Of a DNA stretch of 64,000 nucleotides, positions 49,287-59,084 are shown one piece after another; position 1 is the stretch's first letter, and each line of letters opens with the position of its first letter. The position numbers and the translations under genes were made by a program. This DNA comes from Candidatus Bathyarchaeota archaeon (GTDB lineage: Archaea > Thermoproteota > Bathyarchaeia > Bathyarchaeales > Bathycorpusculaceae). The DNA is taken from positions 96,001 through 160,000 of the forward strand of contig CAWHXY010000008.1 of NCBI GenBank assembly GCA_963833575.1. Direction: 5' to 3'. The notes beneath the pieces were generated by a model. It ran no database searches. It was given only the letters and a program-made list of their open reading frames with translations, and was not told the origin of the DNA.

Positions 49287-50249
49287 ATGGTTAAACTTGA
49301 TCACTCATTAACTTACGAGATAAAACCAGTTTCTCCCTTCAACTTTGATCTCACCGTTCGGAAGCCGGCAGGATGGCCTTTGTTCACACCATTGGAAATT
49401 TACGATAAGGGCAATCTCTGGACCGCTGTGCATCTGAATGATACGCTAATTGGATTAATTCTCACTTCAAGAGGCACCGTTAAGAATCCGCGCATAGAAG
49501 CAAAGATATTCTTAAAAAGCAAGACATCGAAGGAGAAACTCGATAAAATAAAGAAGACGTTGGTGCATAGTATTGGCGCGGACGAAGACCTTTATGAATT
49601 TTATGCGCTGGCAAAGAAGGATCCGATCCTAAAGTATGTAGTCGCTGATTTGTTCGGCATGCATAGTACTTCTTCCGGAGACACTGTTTTTCCAGATGCA
49701 CTTCTAGCAATACTTCTCCAGATGGCTCCGCTTAAAAGAAGTAACGAAATGATGAATTGTGTGATTACAAAATTTGGGGAGCAAGCCGAATTTGACGGCA
49801 AATCAATCTATATTTGGCCCACGCCAGCAAATCTAGTTAATCTAAATCCTGAAATATTTTCCAAATCCTGCAAGATTGGCTACAGAGCAAAGCGCATCGT
49901 AAAACTCTCCGAAAAGCTGACAAAAGAAGATTTTCCTAAACTTCAGGAACTAGAAATGCTGAGTGCCGAGGAAGCAAAAAAGAAACTTCTGGAATTGCCA
50001 GGCATAGGCGATTATTCTGCTGATATAATAAATCCACATGGGGGATTCCCGATAGACGTCTGGTCTGCTGAGGTTTTTGGCAAGCTTTTCTTTGGTAAGG
50101 AGCCAGAGAACAACAGGCAAGCTGTCGATGAAGTAAAGAAGGAAGGCATCTTGAGGTGGGGTAAGTGGTCTTGGATGGCTTTCTTCTATATAGTTCAAGA
50201 CCTTGAAAACCTGTCTAAAAGACTGAGCATAAAGCTTAGGCTGGCTTGA
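49287..50249 (+). CDS. HhH-GPD DNA glycosylase (AlkA/OGG-like)
   Basis: PFNFDLT, WPTP, GYRAK, LLELPGIGDYSAD, FPIDVW. Confidence 0.85.
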   Translation: MVKLDHSLTYEIKPVSPFNFDLTVRKPAGWPLFTPLEIYDKGNLWTAVHLNDTLIGLILTSRGTVKNPRIEAKIFLKSKTSKEKLDKIKKTLVHSIGADEDLYEFYALAKKDPILKYVVADLFGMHSTSSGDTVFPDALLAILLQMAPLKRSNEMMNCVITKFGEQAEFDGKSIYIWPTPANLVNLNPEIFSKSCKIGYRAKRIVKLSEKLTKEDFPKLQELEMLSAEEAKKKLLELPGIGDYSADIINPHGGFPIDVWSAEVFGKLFFGKEPENNRQAVDEVKKEGILRWGKWSWMAFFYIVQDLENLSKRLSIKLRLA

Positions 50250-50296
50250 TTTTAAAAAACAACGTCAGTTTGGAGAAAAGTCTTTTTATTAGTTTT

Positions 50297-50743
50297 TTAG
50301 CTGCTTGCTTCTTGAGGGGCTTCTCGGTTTTTAAGTTTTTCTTCAAGAAGCATTAGTAGTTCTTGAGGCTTCACAGGTTTAACCAAGTAAGCATCAGCAC
50401 CTTCATCAAGCGCTTTAACGCCGGTTTCCAATGATGGAAAACCAGTAATCATTATTTTAACTGTGTGTTGGAGTTGTTTTTTGAGTTTAGCAAGTAAGTC
50501 CGTGCCATCCATATCTGGAAGTCTTATGTCAACTAATGCTAAATCATAATGGTGATTTTCAGCTTTTTCTTGGGCTTCTTTTCCGGTTTCTGCGACATCA
50601 ATTTCGTAGCCGCTTTTTTGAAGAATACGTGTGAATGTTCGAAGTATTGACTTATCGTCATCAACAACAAGTATGGTTTTCTTAGATGTGTCCACTTTAG
50701 TCAAACCTTCATTATTTGAACATGTGTTTTTCTTCAACTTCAA
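50297..50743 (-). CDS. Single-domain response regulator (start may be GTG 50695)
   Basis: ILVVDDD, LVDIRLPDMDG, ITGFP, YLVKP. Confidence 0.93.
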   Translation of the reverse strand: MKLKKNTCSNNEGLTKVDTSKKTILVVDDDKSILRTFTRILQKSGYEIDVAETGKEAQEKAENHHYDLALVDIRLPDMDGTDLLAKLKKQLQHTVKIMITGFPSLETGVKALDEGADAYLVKPVKPQELLMLLEEKLKNREAPQEASS

Positions 50744-50964
50744 TAAGTTGAATGATAAGCTGTCGAAGTCTTTGCAACCTTCAAACCAAACACTGCTTGA
50801 TTTAAGGCAACAAGATTTCTACCCTTTTTTTGGGAATAATTTAAAGATGTTTTTCGAGATTAATAAACGCTATCCCCTTTGTCAATTTAGCATAACTTTT
50901 CTTAATAAAAAATCAATAAGGTTATTAAAAAGAAAAACTTCATAACAGTTAGATCTGAAAATTT

Positions 50965-52422
50965 TTGATGACCCAATCTGTTTCTTACAAAATCACTTCA
51001 GAAATACCGCCTAGCTACATGCAAAAACTATTCGACTACATATACAGCCAGTATTTAGTTCCGCAAAAAAAGAGATTTAATGATATTTCCCGCGAAACCT
51101 CGAACAAAGGTGACTTTCTCTCATACACTATTGTTGATGCAGAAGGAAAGCAGCTTCTGAGAGTGGAAGCTAAAAGCGGAAACCCCATAGAACTAAAATT
51201 AACGCCTATTGATCCAACAGTTTCTCCACAAGTTATTGAGGAAGCAAAACAAGACATCATTATTTCAACTCAAATATTTAGGGAAAACACTAAGAAAGCA
51301 ACCGTTTATTTTGCTTGGAGAGAAGGAGAAGAGGTAGTCCCAGAGGCATATACGAAGCCTGAAAAATCTTTCAATCGTCTTTTCCTTGAAACACAAGTTT
51401 TGTTTTTTATGGTATTCATTGTTTTTGGAATAGGAATTTTCATAGCTATAACAACGTTTTATCCTGCGTGGTTCTGGGTTGCACCGATAATTCTTATTGG
51501 CATACAAGCAGTTTTTGTTTTTTTCTCCAACAATTTTATTGCAAGAACAGCTGATTGGAAAATCACTAGAGAAAATCCGATTATTCATTTCTTGGAATAT
51601 TATTTGCCGGTTAGTGAAGAGGCAGATTTTAACAAGAAATATTCCCGAGAGCAGCTTTTAGCTATCAAGAAAGAGATTTATGATGAAATACTCGCTAAGC
51701 GAGGTGAGATAGATCCTGTTGAAGCTCAGCAGGTTTTCTTAAAGCATGGTGTGCCATGTCAGCTGGAGAATTTGAAAGCTAAAAAAGTTAATGTTTACGA
51801 AATGGTAAAAAATATTGCTGATCGTTTCCGTTTTCCGATGCCTAAGATTGTTGTTTCAAACACTATGGTTCCTAACGCTGCAGCTTCGGGACCAAGCCCA
51901 AGCCGTGGATTGGTTTTGATAACAACTGGGCTTCTTGTTCAACTTGAAGAAAACGAGATTCTCAGCGTTCTAGGTCATGAATTTGGTCACTTAAAAGGTA
52001 GAGACCCATTAATTCTCTATGGGTTAGTTTCCGCGGAATTTCTGTTTCGCTTCTATGTGTTGCTTCAGTTTTTCCCAATAGTTTTCACAACATTGCTGTT
52101 CTTTGTTTACTTCTGGGCTGTCATGGTTGTCATATTCTTTATAGCAAAATTCTTTGAAGCCCGAGCTGATTTAGTCTCCGCCATTATGGTTGGGACGCCG
52201 CAAGTTTTAGCTGGCTCACTTGAAAAAATTGGTTTCCAACGGTTATTGTATGAGCGGACGCCATCCTATCGTTTTCAAGAATGGTTAGGGTTAGATCCTC
52301 ACCCACCTATTTACTTTAGAGTGAACCGGTTAGAGAATCTGTCCTCTGAGGAAATTAAGCATCCACTACTTCGATCAATAAGAGACGTTACAAAGGGATT
52401 CCTTGCAACATTACGAAGCTAA
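50965..52422 (+). CDS. M48 family (HtpX-like) membrane Zn metalloprotease with N-terminal extension
   Basis: PNAAASG, TTGLL, VLGHEFGHL (HExxH), EARAD, HPPIYFRV. Confidence 0.9.
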   Translation: MMTQSVSYKITSEIPPSYMQKLFDYIYSQYLVPQKKRFNDISRETSNKGDFLSYTIVDAEGKQLLRVEAKSGNPIELKLTPIDPTVSPQVIEEAKQDIIISTQIFRENTKKATVYFAWREGEEVVPEAYTKPEKSFNRLFLETQVLFFMVFIVFGIGIFIAITTFYPAWFWVAPIILIGIQAVFVFFSNNFIARTADWKITRENPIIHFLEYYLPVSEEADFNKKYSREQLLAIKKEIYDEILAKRGEIDPVEAQQVFLKHGVPCQLENLKAKKVNVYEMVKNIADRFRFPMPKIVVSNTMVPNAAASGPSPSRGLVLITTGLLVQLEENEILSVLGHEFGHLKGRDPLILYGLVSAEFLFRFYVLLQFFPIVFTTLLFFVYFWAVMVVIFFIAKFFEARADLVSAIMVGTPQVLAGSLEKIGFQRLLYERTPSYRFQEWLGLDPHPPIYFRVNRLENLSSEEIKHPLLRSIRDVTKGFLATLRS

Positions 52423-52679
52423 AATTTCATTCGTTTGATTGATTGCGAATGAAACAGTTTTTCGCACCTTTTTATCAGCTTGGTTTGGGTTGTTTTTTGT
52501 TTTAGGGCGTAAAATAGTTGCAGGTTGCGTCTAGAATTGTCCCTAATTGTCCGCAGATAATCGAGCTTATTGTCGATTGCTGGACATGACCTTTAGACTG
52601 TATTTGGAAGTCGGTGCAAATTTGATCAACTTGCTTTACACTGCTTTCTTAAATTAGGCTTTGAAGGGTCTGCAGGTTG

Positions 52680-52734
52680 TGTGCTAGTTTGTGCCAATAT
52701 GTGCTAGATTGTGCTGTTCTGTGTGGATTTGTGC
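52680..52734 (+). repeat. Six TGTG(C/T) motifs with exact 10-bp period
   Basis: t-gtgctagttt gtgccaatat gtgctagatt gtgctgttct gtgtggattt gtgc. Confidence 0.8.
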
Positions 52735-52865
52735 TTTTCGTACGAAAGTAATGCATGTTCAAGGAGGCTTAGCTCGAATTAACTTAGCTTTTTCACATGG
52801 GTTTTCTCGAAACGCTTATCCGTTTGTAAGATTTACTTTAATTTGGTTTTTGGAGCGTCTTGCCA

Positions 52866-53810
52866 ATGAGTTATTCGGTGCAGTTAATTAGCCCACAGGA
52901 AAAAGACAAACTCTTCCAAGTCTATGAGCAACGTTTACTATACACGAGCAAAGCTGATGTCTACGGTTGCTGCATTAAATTGTTAACCGAGTCTGAAGAA
53001 ACTAGAAATGAATGGGAAGACAATTTCTACACTGCAAACGAAAACACCCGATCCCATGGACGATTAATTGAAGTTAACGAGCCAGGTCAGCCTTTAAGCG
53101 TAAAATATGATCCCTATACAAAAACCGCTTTTTTAGTTAACGTTGACTATTATGGCTGGATAAAAAGCATTGCGCTTGCCATAGCCGGAGATGTACTAGA
53201 AGATGAGCACAGAATTTATTCAGTTCATGGCGCCGCAATAGATGTAGGCTGCCTTGGTGTTTCAATAATTGCTCCTTCAGGCACAGGTAAAACAACACAT
53301 TCTTGGGGTTTGTTGCTTCTTCAAAATGCCCGATTAATCTCTGACGATTGGTACTTTGTTAGGCTCTCAAGTCATTTGCCTTTAGCTTTTGGCTCAGAAA
53401 AAAACTGTTACATAGATGCTGACTTAGGCAAGATTTGGAATAAGTATGAGAGTTTGGTTGACAAAGCAAAGTTTGACAAAAGAGGCAGGGCAATCGTAAA
53501 TGTCCGATGGATTGTAGGAGGGGGCGGCGTGATTCCAATGGAAACCCTTCACAAAATAATTCTTTTGAAAAGAGACCCCAAAGACAAAAACATAGTGACT
53601 CGCCTAAATTCCGCGGAAGCGTTAAAGTTCATGCTTGACCATAATTTTTGCAATCCCCACCAATTAGTAAAAGATGAACGCAAAGTTGAGTTAAGAAAAA
53701 CTTTCTTCCAAAAACTCTTTGGACAAACTGATGTTTACCTAGTAAACACAACAGGAACCCCGCAGGATACCCAAAAAGAGATTAGAAAGTTACTTTCTTT
53801 GAAAAAATAA
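52866..53810 (+). CDS. HPr kinase/PEP-carboxykinase-like P-loop protein
   Basis: SVHGAAID, APSGTGKTT, LISDDW, GSEKNCY. Confidence 0.8.
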   Translation: MSYSVQLISPQEKDKLFQVYEQRLLYTSKADVYGCCIKLLTESEETRNEWEDNFYTANENTRSHGRLIEVNEPGQPLSVKYDPYTKTAFLVNVDYYGWIKSIALAIAGDVLEDEHRIYSVHGAAIDVGCLGVSIIAPSGTGKTTHSWGLLLLQNARLISDDWYFVRLSSHLPLAFGSEKNCYIDADLGKIWNKYESLVDKAKFDKRGRAIVNVRWIVGGGGVIPMETLHKIILLKRDPKDKNIVTRLNSAEALKFMLDHNFCNPHQLVKDERKVELRKTFFQKLFGQTDVYLVNTTGTPQDTQKEIRKLLSLKK

Positions 53811-53881
53811 GCTATTTTTATGCAAAGAATAATAAAGCTCAACTGTCGAGTTACCAAATGTTTGAAGGAGGAACAACTCGT

Positions 53882-55162
53882 TTGAAGCTAATTTATGTTG
53901 CAATTGACGGCATGGGAGACCTGCCGATCAAATCTTTAAGCAATAAAACACCCCTTGAAGCAGCCGAAACTCCTAACATGGACGCTCTTGCAAAAAACGG
54001 TAAAATTGGACTGATGTACTCAGTCAAAAAAGGTGTTGCGCCTGAGAGCGATGTTGCAGTCATTTCTCTTTTAGGCTATGATCCCTTCAAATATAGCACT
54101 GGCAGAGGCGTCATTGAGGCAGCTGGCGCAGGGTTGAAAATGAAAGATGGCGATTTAGCGTTACGATGCAATTTTGCAACTTTAGGTCAAGGAAAAAATA
54201 TTATTGACCGTCGAGTGGCAAGAAGTTTAACCACTGAAGAAGCAATCGAACTAAGCAAAGCTGCTAACGAAGAAGTTAAGCTTGAATCTTACCCGGCTAC
54301 GTTTGAGTTTCGACCCACATTAGGGCATCGGGCAGTTCTGCTAATAAGGAGCAAAGGGAAACCTCTTTCAAGTAATATCACAAACAGCGACCCTGCCTAC
54401 ATAGTGGTTAATGGTTTAGGCGTGGCTCTCTCGAAGGTTGATATGGTGCTGAAAACCTGTGAACCCACTGATAACACGGAAGCGGCCAAAGTCTCCGCTG
54501 CCTTGGTAAACGAATTCATCGATAAAACCCATAAGCTATGGGATGCTCACCCGATAAACTTGAAGCGGGCTACTGAAGGCAAGCTGAAAGCCAACGTCGT
54601 TCTAACCAGAGATGCAGGGCATCTTCTTCCAAAATTCTTCAATATAAACGAAAGGTATCATGTTAATTTTGCCTGTTTGGCGGATATGCATGCCGAACGA
54701 GGCATAGCTCAGCTAGCGGGAATGGACGCCATGCTTTTGCCTCCGCCTTCAGGCAACCTACAAAAAGACTGCGAAATAAGAGTCAAAGCCTTACTAGACA
54801 TTCTGCCCAAACACGATTGTTTTTATATTCATCTTAAAGGTCCAGATGAACCTGGTCATGACGGCAACTGTGTCTTGAAAACACAAATTATTTCGGCGAT
54901 CGATAAGTACTTTTTTGGGCCATTGCTAAATCAAATTTCGCTAAAAGAAAACCTTATCTGCATAACCACTGACCACGCCACGCCATGCGCACTAAAAGTA
55001 CACAGTGATACTCCAGTTCCAGTGCTGATTTCAGGTGACAAGATAGAAGGCGGCAATAAAGCAGTAAAGTTCTGTGAGAAAGAATGTGCAAGAGGAAGTC
55101 TAGGCACAATAGATCGCGGTTGCGAATTGATGCCAAAACTCATGGACATAATAAAAAAATAA
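53882..55162 (+). CDS. apgM: 2,3-bisphosphoglycerate-independent phosphoglycerate mutase (archaeal ApgM, AlkP superfamily)
   Basis: IDGMGD, TPLEAAETPNMD, PESDVA, GRG, RCNFAT, HLKGPDEPGHDG, TTDHATP, HSDTPVP; TTG start with GGAGG SD. Confidence 0.9.
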   Translation: MKLIYVAIDGMGDLPIKSLSNKTPLEAAETPNMDALAKNGKIGLMYSVKKGVAPESDVAVISLLGYDPFKYSTGRGVIEAAGAGLKMKDGDLALRCNFATLGQGKNIIDRRVARSLTTEEAIELSKAANEEVKLESYPATFEFRPTLGHRAVLLIRSKGKPLSSNITNSDPAYIVVNGLGVALSKVDMVLKTCEPTDNTEAAKVSAALVNEFIDKTHKLWDAHPINLKRATEGKLKANVVLTRDAGHLLPKFFNINERYHVNFACLADMHAERGIAQLAGMDAMLLPPPSGNLQKDCEIRVKALLDILPKHDCFYIHLKGPDEPGHDGNCVLKTQIISAIDKYFFGPLLNQISLKENLICITTDHATPCALKVHSDTPVPVLISGDKIEGGNKAVKFCEKECARGSLGTIDRGCELMPKLMDIIKK

Positions 55163-55198
55163 TAAATTTAATGTCCCTCAAAAAGGATGTAAGGAAAA

Positions 55199-55534
55199 AT
55201 GGCTTACTTAAAAGAAGAAAAAGAAAACATCGAAGTTTTGTATCCGCTTAATGTGATTTGGGAAGCTATACCGAAAGTTATTGAGAAGCTTGATTGGAAA
55301 ATAATGGAAAAAGACGAATCTTTACATCATCTTAAAGTTAAAACTAAAGGTGCGTTCATATCCTACCCGTCAACCCTCAAAATTGACTTGTCGATAATAG
55401 ATGAGAAAACAACTAAAATGTCAGTTGTGGCTGAGACTCCTGTGACCACAATTACTTCCGTGGCAGATTATGGCAGGACCAGAGAACGCATCGACCAGTT
55501 TATTACAACCCTTGCAAAGCTAACAGGCAGTTAA
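55199..55534 (+). CDS. Hypothetical alpha/beta protein
   Basis: 111-aa ORF co-oriented with apgM; DYGRTRERI motif. Confidence 0.7.
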   Translation: MAYLKEEKENIEVLYPLNVIWEAIPKVIEKLDWKIMEKDESLHHLKVKTKGAFISYPSTLKIDLSIIDEKTTKMSVVAETPVTTITSVADYGRTRERIDQFITTLAKLTGS

Positions 55535-55542
55535 ACCTTTTT

Positions 55543-56511
55543 TTACTCGAGTATTTGGGACCGCTTGAAGGCATACCATGCAATTACTAGGAAAACAACG
55601 ATGTACGCAAATGCCACTCCTATTGAGCGTAAAGCAATCAAACCGATAGATTCACTATAGAGAAGTGTTGGTGGCTGTATTGGGTTACTTAAAACGTTTG
55701 TATAAGTAAATAGGACTGGAGCGTTCGGGAAAAGAATTGATTTAACCATATTTGAGCCGATGCTGTCTGTTCCACTCGAAGTTGACGTCACGGTGTTTAT
55801 TGTACGATTTGCTATGGTAGTACTTTGACCAGCAGTAACATTCAAAGTTCCCGATGGTCCAGCGCCAGGAAGATAGTTTAACCCGCCTACAACTCCAGCG
55901 TTGCTAGAGAAACTTGCAACTACGCTTACACCTAAAAATAACGCAATAAACAAGCCCAAAGCAGTCAAAAGTGCAAGTAACGAACTCTTTGAAATACAGC
56001 CAGCAGCCAAAACTATGGCTACCCAAATAAAAGTGCTAACTATATCGCCTACCAAAGCAAGAGGCACAAGATAGAGGCTGTTTTGTGGTCCATAAACCAA
56101 GATGCCCCCAATAGTTGAGTAACTAAAAATCACAACATAAGATGCCAATATGACTATAAACGTTGCGAACAGTTTTCCTAAGAAAACCATTGTTCGAGAT
56201 ACAGGCTTTGTCAATAAGGAAACGATTGTGCCGCTTTCGTACTCTCCTGAAATACTGTTCATAGCAGTTACAATTCCAAATAGAAAGAAAGTGAAACTTC
56301 CACCACTAAACGTGGCTGCGAAGTAGGGATTGTGCCCAACGTTCAGGAAAGCAGGCAATGCTAAATCTACTGTGGCTAAGACAAAAGCTATTACAAGTGC
56401 TGCAATGAATTTTTTCTTGCGTATGTTCCAAAGCATTTCATATCTTACAATTGCCCAGAAACGAGTAAACCAGCTTGGATGAGCTCTAATAGCTTTTGAC
56501 GTTGTTGTCAT
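55543..56511 (-). CDS. ABC-2 type transporter permease
   Basis: SISGEYESGTIVSLLTKPVSR..VFLGK; multiple TM helices. Confidence 0.92.
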   Translation of the reverse strand: MTTTSKAIRAHPSWFTRFWAIVRYEMLWNIRKKKFIAALVIAFVLATVDLALPAFLNVGHNPYFAATFSGGSFTFFLFGIVTAMNSISGEYESGTIVSLLTKPVSRTMVFLGKLFATFIVILASYVVIFSYSTIGGILVYGPQNSLYLVPLALVGDIVSTFIWVAIVLAAGCISKSSLLALLTALGLFIALFLGVSVVASFSSNAGVVGGLNYLPGAGPSGTLNVTAGQSTTIANRTINTVTSTSSGTDSIGSNMVKSILFPNAPVLFTYTNVLSNPIQPPTLLYSESIGLIALRSIGVAFAYIVVFLVIAWYAFKRSQILE

Positions 56512-57455
56512 TGGATTTTTCCTCCTTGGTCTTTGGTAATGAGTTGAAGGAATACATCTTCTAAATTGGAGGCTTTTTGACTCATGCCGACAATTACTCC
56601 TCCAGCAGCGGTTACTGTTTTGGAAACTTGTGCTCGCATATCATCGCGAGTATTTACTTGAATAAGCAAGGTTTCACCACTTTTCCACGTGCCCGACACA
56701 AAAGGCAACTTCTTTACTGCAGCAATAGCCTCATCTGACAAGTTGACTAATTCTATATGAATAATCGGAGATTCTGAAATCATGCTTGAAACGTTTTGAA
56801 GCGTATCTGATGCCAATACTGAGCCCTTATTAATGATGGTGACATGATCGCAGATTTGCTCAACTTCAAAAAGCAGGTGTGAAGAGAGAAAAACAGTTAT
56901 GCCTTCTTTTGAGATTGTTTTAACAAGTTCTCGAACTTCAACCATCCCAACTGGGTCTAAACCAATGCTTGGTTCATCCAAAACTACAAGTTCTGGATCA
57001 TTAAGCAGTGCTTGGGCGATGCCGATTCGTTGTTGCATGCCTTTGCTGTATTTTCCTATAAGATCATTTTCTCTGCCTTTCAAACCAACCATATTTATTA
57101 ATTTAGGGATTTGTTCTATGCGTTGCTGCGCAGTCATTCCATACATTCTGCCATAAATATCAAGCAACTCGGCACCTTTGAGGTGCTTTGGGAACTTGGG
57201 CAACTCCGACATGTAACCAATGTGTAAACGTGAATCCGCGTCGTCAACATGGACTTCATCCCCTAACACCTTAACGAAGCCACTGGTGGGTCTAAGTAGG
57301 CCTACCAGAATTTTGATTGTAGTTGTTTTTCCTGCTCCGTTTGGACCCAAAAAGCCGTGGATTGTGTTCTTCTGAACTTTGAGGCTTAATTTGTTCACTG
57401 CAGTTAAGGAACCGAAGCATTTTGTTAAGTCGGTTGTTTCTATCGCGTAGTCCAA
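56508..57455 (-). CDS. ABC transporter ATP-binding protein
   Basis: GPNGAGKTT, YSKGMQQR, LDEP, SSH. Confidence 0.96.
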   Translation of the reverse strand: MDYAIETTDLTKCFGSLTAVNKLSLKVQKNTIHGFLGPNGAGKTTTIKILVGLLRPTSGFVKVLGDEVHVDDADSRLHIGYMSELPKFPKHLKGAELLDIYGRMYGMTAQQRIEQIPKLINMVGLKGRENDLIGKYSKGMQQRIGIAQALLNDPELVVLDEPSIGLDPVGMVEVRELVKTISKEGITVFLSSHLLFEVEQICDHVTIINKGSVLASDTLQNVSSMISESPIIHIELVNLSDEAIAAVKKLPFVSGTWKSGETLLIQVNTRDDMRAQVSKTVTAAGGVIVGMSQKASNLEDVFLQLITKDQGGKIQ

Positions 57456-57629
57456 GACAAACGCTTCCGCTTAATACTTTAATGGGATTTTGATATAAGC
57501 TTTGACTTTCATCGTTATCGCTCACCACCCATTTTAGCAACTAAAAACAGTTCACTAGTTTCTATTAACTGTGGAAAGATATTTGAGTTCTTCGATTACA
57601 GTAACTAATAAAATTTAGCGGTGTAAAGC

Positions 57630-58043
57630 ATGACCAAAAAGCCTCCACAAATCATTTACAAAGGAAGAAGCATTGGCATCGTAATTTTAACTGCTGCTCA
57701 ACTGCTTATAGGAGCCATACATATCTTCTTTGGGTTGCTACTTTTCGCGTTCGAGGTCTCTATTTTGCAAGCTACGCTAGCTTATGATGTTTACACAGTG
57801 TTTTTCGGCTTGTTGACTTTAGTATTTGCAGTATTTATTTGGCAAGGCAAAAAATCAGGATGGATTGGCACCATAGCGGTTTCCATATTCGTCAGTGTTG
57901 CTGATGCTTTAACGCTCCTGAATTTACCAAGCATTCCAGGAATACCAAAATTCGCAGCGCCAACCGAAATAGTGTACAGCATTATCGTCATGTTTTACTT
58001 GCTCAGGAATAATGTTAGAGAAAAGTATTTGGCGCAAAAGTAA
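57630..58043 (+). CDS. Four-TM membrane protein
   Basis: Four hydrophobic helices, W.GK..GWIG, ending YLLRNNVR. Confidence 0.75.
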   Translation: MTKKPPQIIYKGRSIGIVILTAAQLLIGAIHIFFGLLLFAFEVSILQATLAYDVYTVFFGLLTLVFAVFIWQGKKSGWIGTIAVSIFVSVADALTLLNLPSIPGIPKFAAPTEIVYSIIVMFYLLRNNVREKYLAQK

Positions 58044-58211
58044 TAATCAGGTCATTTTTATCCATTTGAGAATCTGAATGGGATTCTTTTTGGGGTGCCT
58101 TCAAAAAAAGTTCCTTAGAGTAACTAAAGAGTAGGCAGCATAGACTTAATGGTCTTAACTTAACAGAACATTTCAATATCGCAGTTCAAAAAAAGAAAAA
58201 GAGTGGAAGGT

Positions 58212-58592
58212 TTAATCTATTTTCCACTTTTTGGCTACCTTCACTATGAGGAACACGATAAGTGCCACAAAGATGAAGGTAATTAGCGCCACTAAAAAGT
58301 CGCCGATGCCAAACGACTGCTTCGTAACTGAAACTGCATATGTAGCCAAGTTTGACATGCCTGGAATAGCTAAGCCTAAGAGCGGAATAATGAAGTCTGC
58401 GACAACCGCCTTAACCACAGCACCAAGATACAAACCTAAAACGAAAGCAACAGCTAAGCCAAGAACTTTGTACGACGATAGAAAGTCTTTGAATTCGTTC
58501 CATAAGCCTTTTGGCGGGACTGCCGCTGGAGCCTTTTCTAAGGCAGCGGTGATTTTCTTTAACTCTGCTAAAATTTCATCTTCTTTGTCCAT
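58212..58592 (-). CDS. mscL: Large-conductance mechanosensitive channel family protein
   Basis: EFKDFL...VLGLAVAFVLG, VADFIIPLLG, GDFLVALITFIFVALIVF. Confidence 0.88.
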   Translation of the reverse strand: MDKEDEILAELKKITAALEKAPAAVPPKGLWNEFKDFLSSYKVLGLAVAFVLGLYLGAVVKAVVADFIIPLLGLAIPGMSNLATYAVSVTKQSFGIGDFLVALITFIFVALIVFLIVKVAKKWKID

Positions 58593-58668
58593 TAAAATAC
58601 CCTGTGATTATTATGGACTCTGCGTTTTATAAGATTTGGGATTCAACGAATGGGGCTAATAATTGGTG

Positions 58669-59079
58669 TTACCCAGCTTTTTGTTTGATTGTACTCAAAT
58701 AAGATGTCAAACTTTCTATACATTGGATTTCTCGACCAACAAAAGCATGTAACTCCTTCCAATATCGCGTGTTTACTTTAACTTTTACTCTCTCTAAGTT
58801 ATGTTTCAGTCTCAGAGTGCCTTCTTTGCCTCTTCGGTCGAAATCTAAGAGAAGAATAACTTCATGTGCGCCGAGTTGCTCTATTTCTTCGGTTGCTTGA
58901 AGAAAGGATTTTCCTCCAGTCTTGATCGTCACGATTCTGCCGTTTATTCCTAATTCCTTCAGTGTTTCAGCATCTTTTTTGCCTTCAACAACAATTGGTT
59001 TGCCTTCGGTTGATTCTTCAGTTAATTTGGCTATAATATGCTGAATTTTCTCCTCTTTCTCTTTGAGCCTATCGGACAA
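58669..59079 (-). CDS. Small toprim-domain protein (RNase M5/primase-like)
   Basis: IVVEGKKD, ILLLDFDRRG, CIESL. Confidence 0.9.
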   Translation of the reverse strand: MSDRLKEKEEKIQHIIAKLTEESTEGKPIVVEGKKDAETLKELGINGRIVTIKTGGKSFLQATEEIEQLGAHEVILLLDFDRRGKEGTLRLKHNLERVKVKVNTRYWKELHAFVGREIQCIESLTSYLSTIKQKAG

Positions 59080-59084
59080 AGGTT

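Noticed and set aside
52691-52891. 66-aa ORF over the TGTGC array
   Set aside because: A 10-bp period is incompatible with a coding repeat and the peptide has no features.
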